Assembly (NCBI GenBank): GCA_034521595.1
Contig: JAXHMG010000003.1
Span: 2,272,001 to 2,336,000, forward strand
DNA from: Gemmatimonadota bacterium
Lineage (GTDB): Bacteria; Gemmatimonadota; Gemmatimonadetes; Longimicrobiales; Gaopeijiaceae
DNA: 64,000 nt
Reading direction: 5' to 3'
Shown one piece after another: positions 62,344-64,000 of this stretch (position 1 is its first letter; each line of letters opens with the position of its first letter). Below the pieces are notes generated by a model that saw only the letters and a program-made list of their open reading frames with translations, ran no database searches and was not told the DNA's origin. The position numbers and the translations under genes are program-made.

Positions 62344-64000
62344 TCAGCCCGTCCGGAGGTTGATCGCGAACAGCCACAACTGCCCCAGGACCAGGATCGT
62401 GGCGGCTCCAGCGGCCGCGAGCACGAGCTCCGGCACGCCCGGCTCGACCAACTGCAAGACCCCGGCCAACGGATCCCACCACACGGCCACGGCCAACAGC
62501 CCGACGCAAAGCGTCAGCGCTCCCCACAGCGCCTTGTTTCGAGTGATCTCGTTCCGAAGCGGAGGGCTGTCGTGGTCGCGCATGTTGAACGCGTGCAGAA
62601 GGCGGCCCGTGGAGAGGCCGAGGAAGGCCACCGTAACCGCCTGTGCCTGGCTGAGCTCGAGCACGTTCAGGGCAACGAGGAACAGGGTCAGAACAACGAC
62701 TGCGATCATGACCCCGTATCCCACGATGGCCCACCAGTGCCGGGCTTCGATGATCCCTTCGGAAGGATCCCGTGGCGGGCGCTCCATGACGTTGGGACTA
62801 CCTGGACCGATTCCGAGTGCCAGGGCCGGAAAGACGTCGTTCACGAGGTTCAGGTATAGGATCTGGAGGGGCAGGAGCGGAAGGGGCAAGCCCGCGGCCG
62901 CCGCGCCGCCAACCGCCAGGATCTCACCCACGTTCCCCGAGAGGAGGTAGATGACGAACTTCCGCATATTCCGGAAGATCGTCCGCCCGAGCTCCACCGC
63001 AGTCACGATGGTGGAGAACGCATCATCGAGGAGCACCATGTCACTGGCCTCGCGAGCGACGTCGGTCCCTCTTTGTCCCATCGCCACGCCGATATCGGCC
63101 TTTCGCAGGGCGGGGGCATCGTTCACGCCGTCTCCGGTCATCGCCAGAATCTCGCCCCGTTCCTGGTGCAGATCGACCAGCTTGAGCTTCTCCTCCGGAT
63201 CGACCCGGGCGAACACGTCCACCTCGGCCATCGCATCCACGTCGACGAGCGTCGATCCCTCGGAGGGGGAAAGGTCTCTGCCTTCCGCTACCCGCAGCTC
63301 ATCATGGTCTCCCCGTCGGAGCCCGACTTCCGTCGCGATCTGGTATGCCGTCTCGGCGTGGTCGCCAGTGGCCATGATCACGCGAATGCCGGCATCCTGG
63401 CACTTCCGGATCGCGGGGCCTACGTCCTCGCGAGGTGGATCATAGAACCCGACCAGACCCAAAAACCGGAGATGCTCGTACGGCTCCGCGTCCGGATCCT
63501 CGAGGACACGGTCCGCCACGGCGAGCACGCGGAGGCCCTCGGTGGCCAGCTCCTCACTCCGCTCCAGCCACTCCTGCTTGAAGCGTTCGTCGATACCCAT
63601 CCGCTCGCCTTCTGCGCGACACGCCTCGTCACTCGCCTTCAGCACCGCCTCGGGGGCTCCCTTCACGGCCAACCGATAGCCTCGCTCGTCCTCCTGCACG
63701 GTTCCCATCATGTTGGTCTCGGCATCGAAAGACACCGTGCGCACACGCGGATGGTCCGCCCGCAAGTCGCCTGCGGAGACGCCCGACGCTCGCCCCATCT
63801 CGAGCAGAGCCAGGTCCATGGGATCTCCGTGGTCTGCGCCTTCCCCGTCCTCACCACCGGGTTCGGCATCGTTCGCCAGCACGGCTGCGGTAAACAGAGG
63901 CCGGAGTGGCCCGTCCTCGCGGGTCGCATCCGTAGCACCACCCTGGTCGTGGGCGCCTCGTCCCAGCTCCATGTCGCCCGCGGGCCCCGTCAAGCGCCGG
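62344..64000 (-). CDS. Cation-transporting P-type ATPase (P2A, Ca2+-type); 5' part lies outside the window
   Basis: KGAPE, DPPR, TGD, TGDGVNDAPAL..ADIG.AMG..GT.VA, N.GE, QIL..NLV.D. Confidence 0.92.
   Translation of the reverse strand, partial: RRLTGPAGDMELGRGAHDQGGATDATREDGPLRPLFTAAVLANDAEPGGEDGEGADHGDPMDLALLEMGRASGVSAGDLRADHPRVRTVSFDAETNMMGTVQEDERGYRLAVKGAPEAVLKASDEACRAEGERMGIDERFKQEWLERSEELATEGLRVLAVADRVLEDPDAEPYEHLRFLGLVGFYDPPREDVGPAIRKCQDAGIRVIMATGDHAETAYQIATEVGLRRGDHDELRVAEGRDLSPSEGSTLVDVDAMAEVDVFARVDPEEKLKLVDLHQERGEILAMTGDGVNDAPALRKADIGVAMGQRGTDVAREASDMVLLDDAFSTIVTAVELGRTIFRNMRKFVIYLLSGNVGEILAVGGAAAAGLPLPLLPLQILYLNLVNDVFPALALGIGPGSPNVMERPPRDPSEGIIEARHWWAIVGYGVMIAVVVLTLFLVALNVLELSQAQAVTVAFLGLSTGRLLHAFNMRDHDSPPLRNEITRNKALWGALTLCVGLLAVAVWWDPLAGVLQLVEPGVPELVLAAAGAATILVLGQLWLFAINLRTG

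Overview
GC-rich bacterial chromosome segment. Gene content and order suggest Gemmatimonadota, which is an inference and not a database result. It holds about 53 CDS, mostly on the minus strand. I saw no rRNA, tRNA, CRISPR array, integrase or transposase. From left to right: (i) a peptidoglycan-salvage cluster (Na+/solute symporter, GH3 NagZ fused to a serine hydrolase, a second GH3, divergent NamZ); (ii) chrA-doxX-MBL-dat-pspA-ybjN/CesT behind an ECF-sigma-like promoter; (iii) a hybrid histidine kinase; (iv) a DUF2946/CruR-like Cys/His-rich, Pro-ending leader ORF ahead of a His/Met-rich exported protein; (v) uvrA, a tandem USP and htpX; (vi) a long housekeeping run (tamB, tamA, phosphoesterase, lgt, tsaD, ybbR, tlpA, PASTA, rsmB, thiG/S/E, fmt, def, yajC, tgt, queA, ruvB); (vii) a ~3.9 kb glycosylation cassette splitting ruvA from ruvB, bounded by a 7-bp direct repeat; (viii) ruvA, ruvC, yebC and two exported amidases; (ix) a methyltransferase / FAD-oxidoreductase / type III PKS cluster; (x) a two-component system, an outer-membrane protein and a class II cytochrome c; (xi) kbl-tdh, a methyltransferase and a partial P-type ATPase. 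The best candidates for undescribed systems are the putative metal-sensing leader-peptide module, the PspA-CesT/YbjN module with an extended PspA tail, the ruvAB-splitting cassette, the type III PKS cluster and the TCS-regulated barrel/cytochrome unit. Start codons were chosen by eye, and products were called from motif recognition only.
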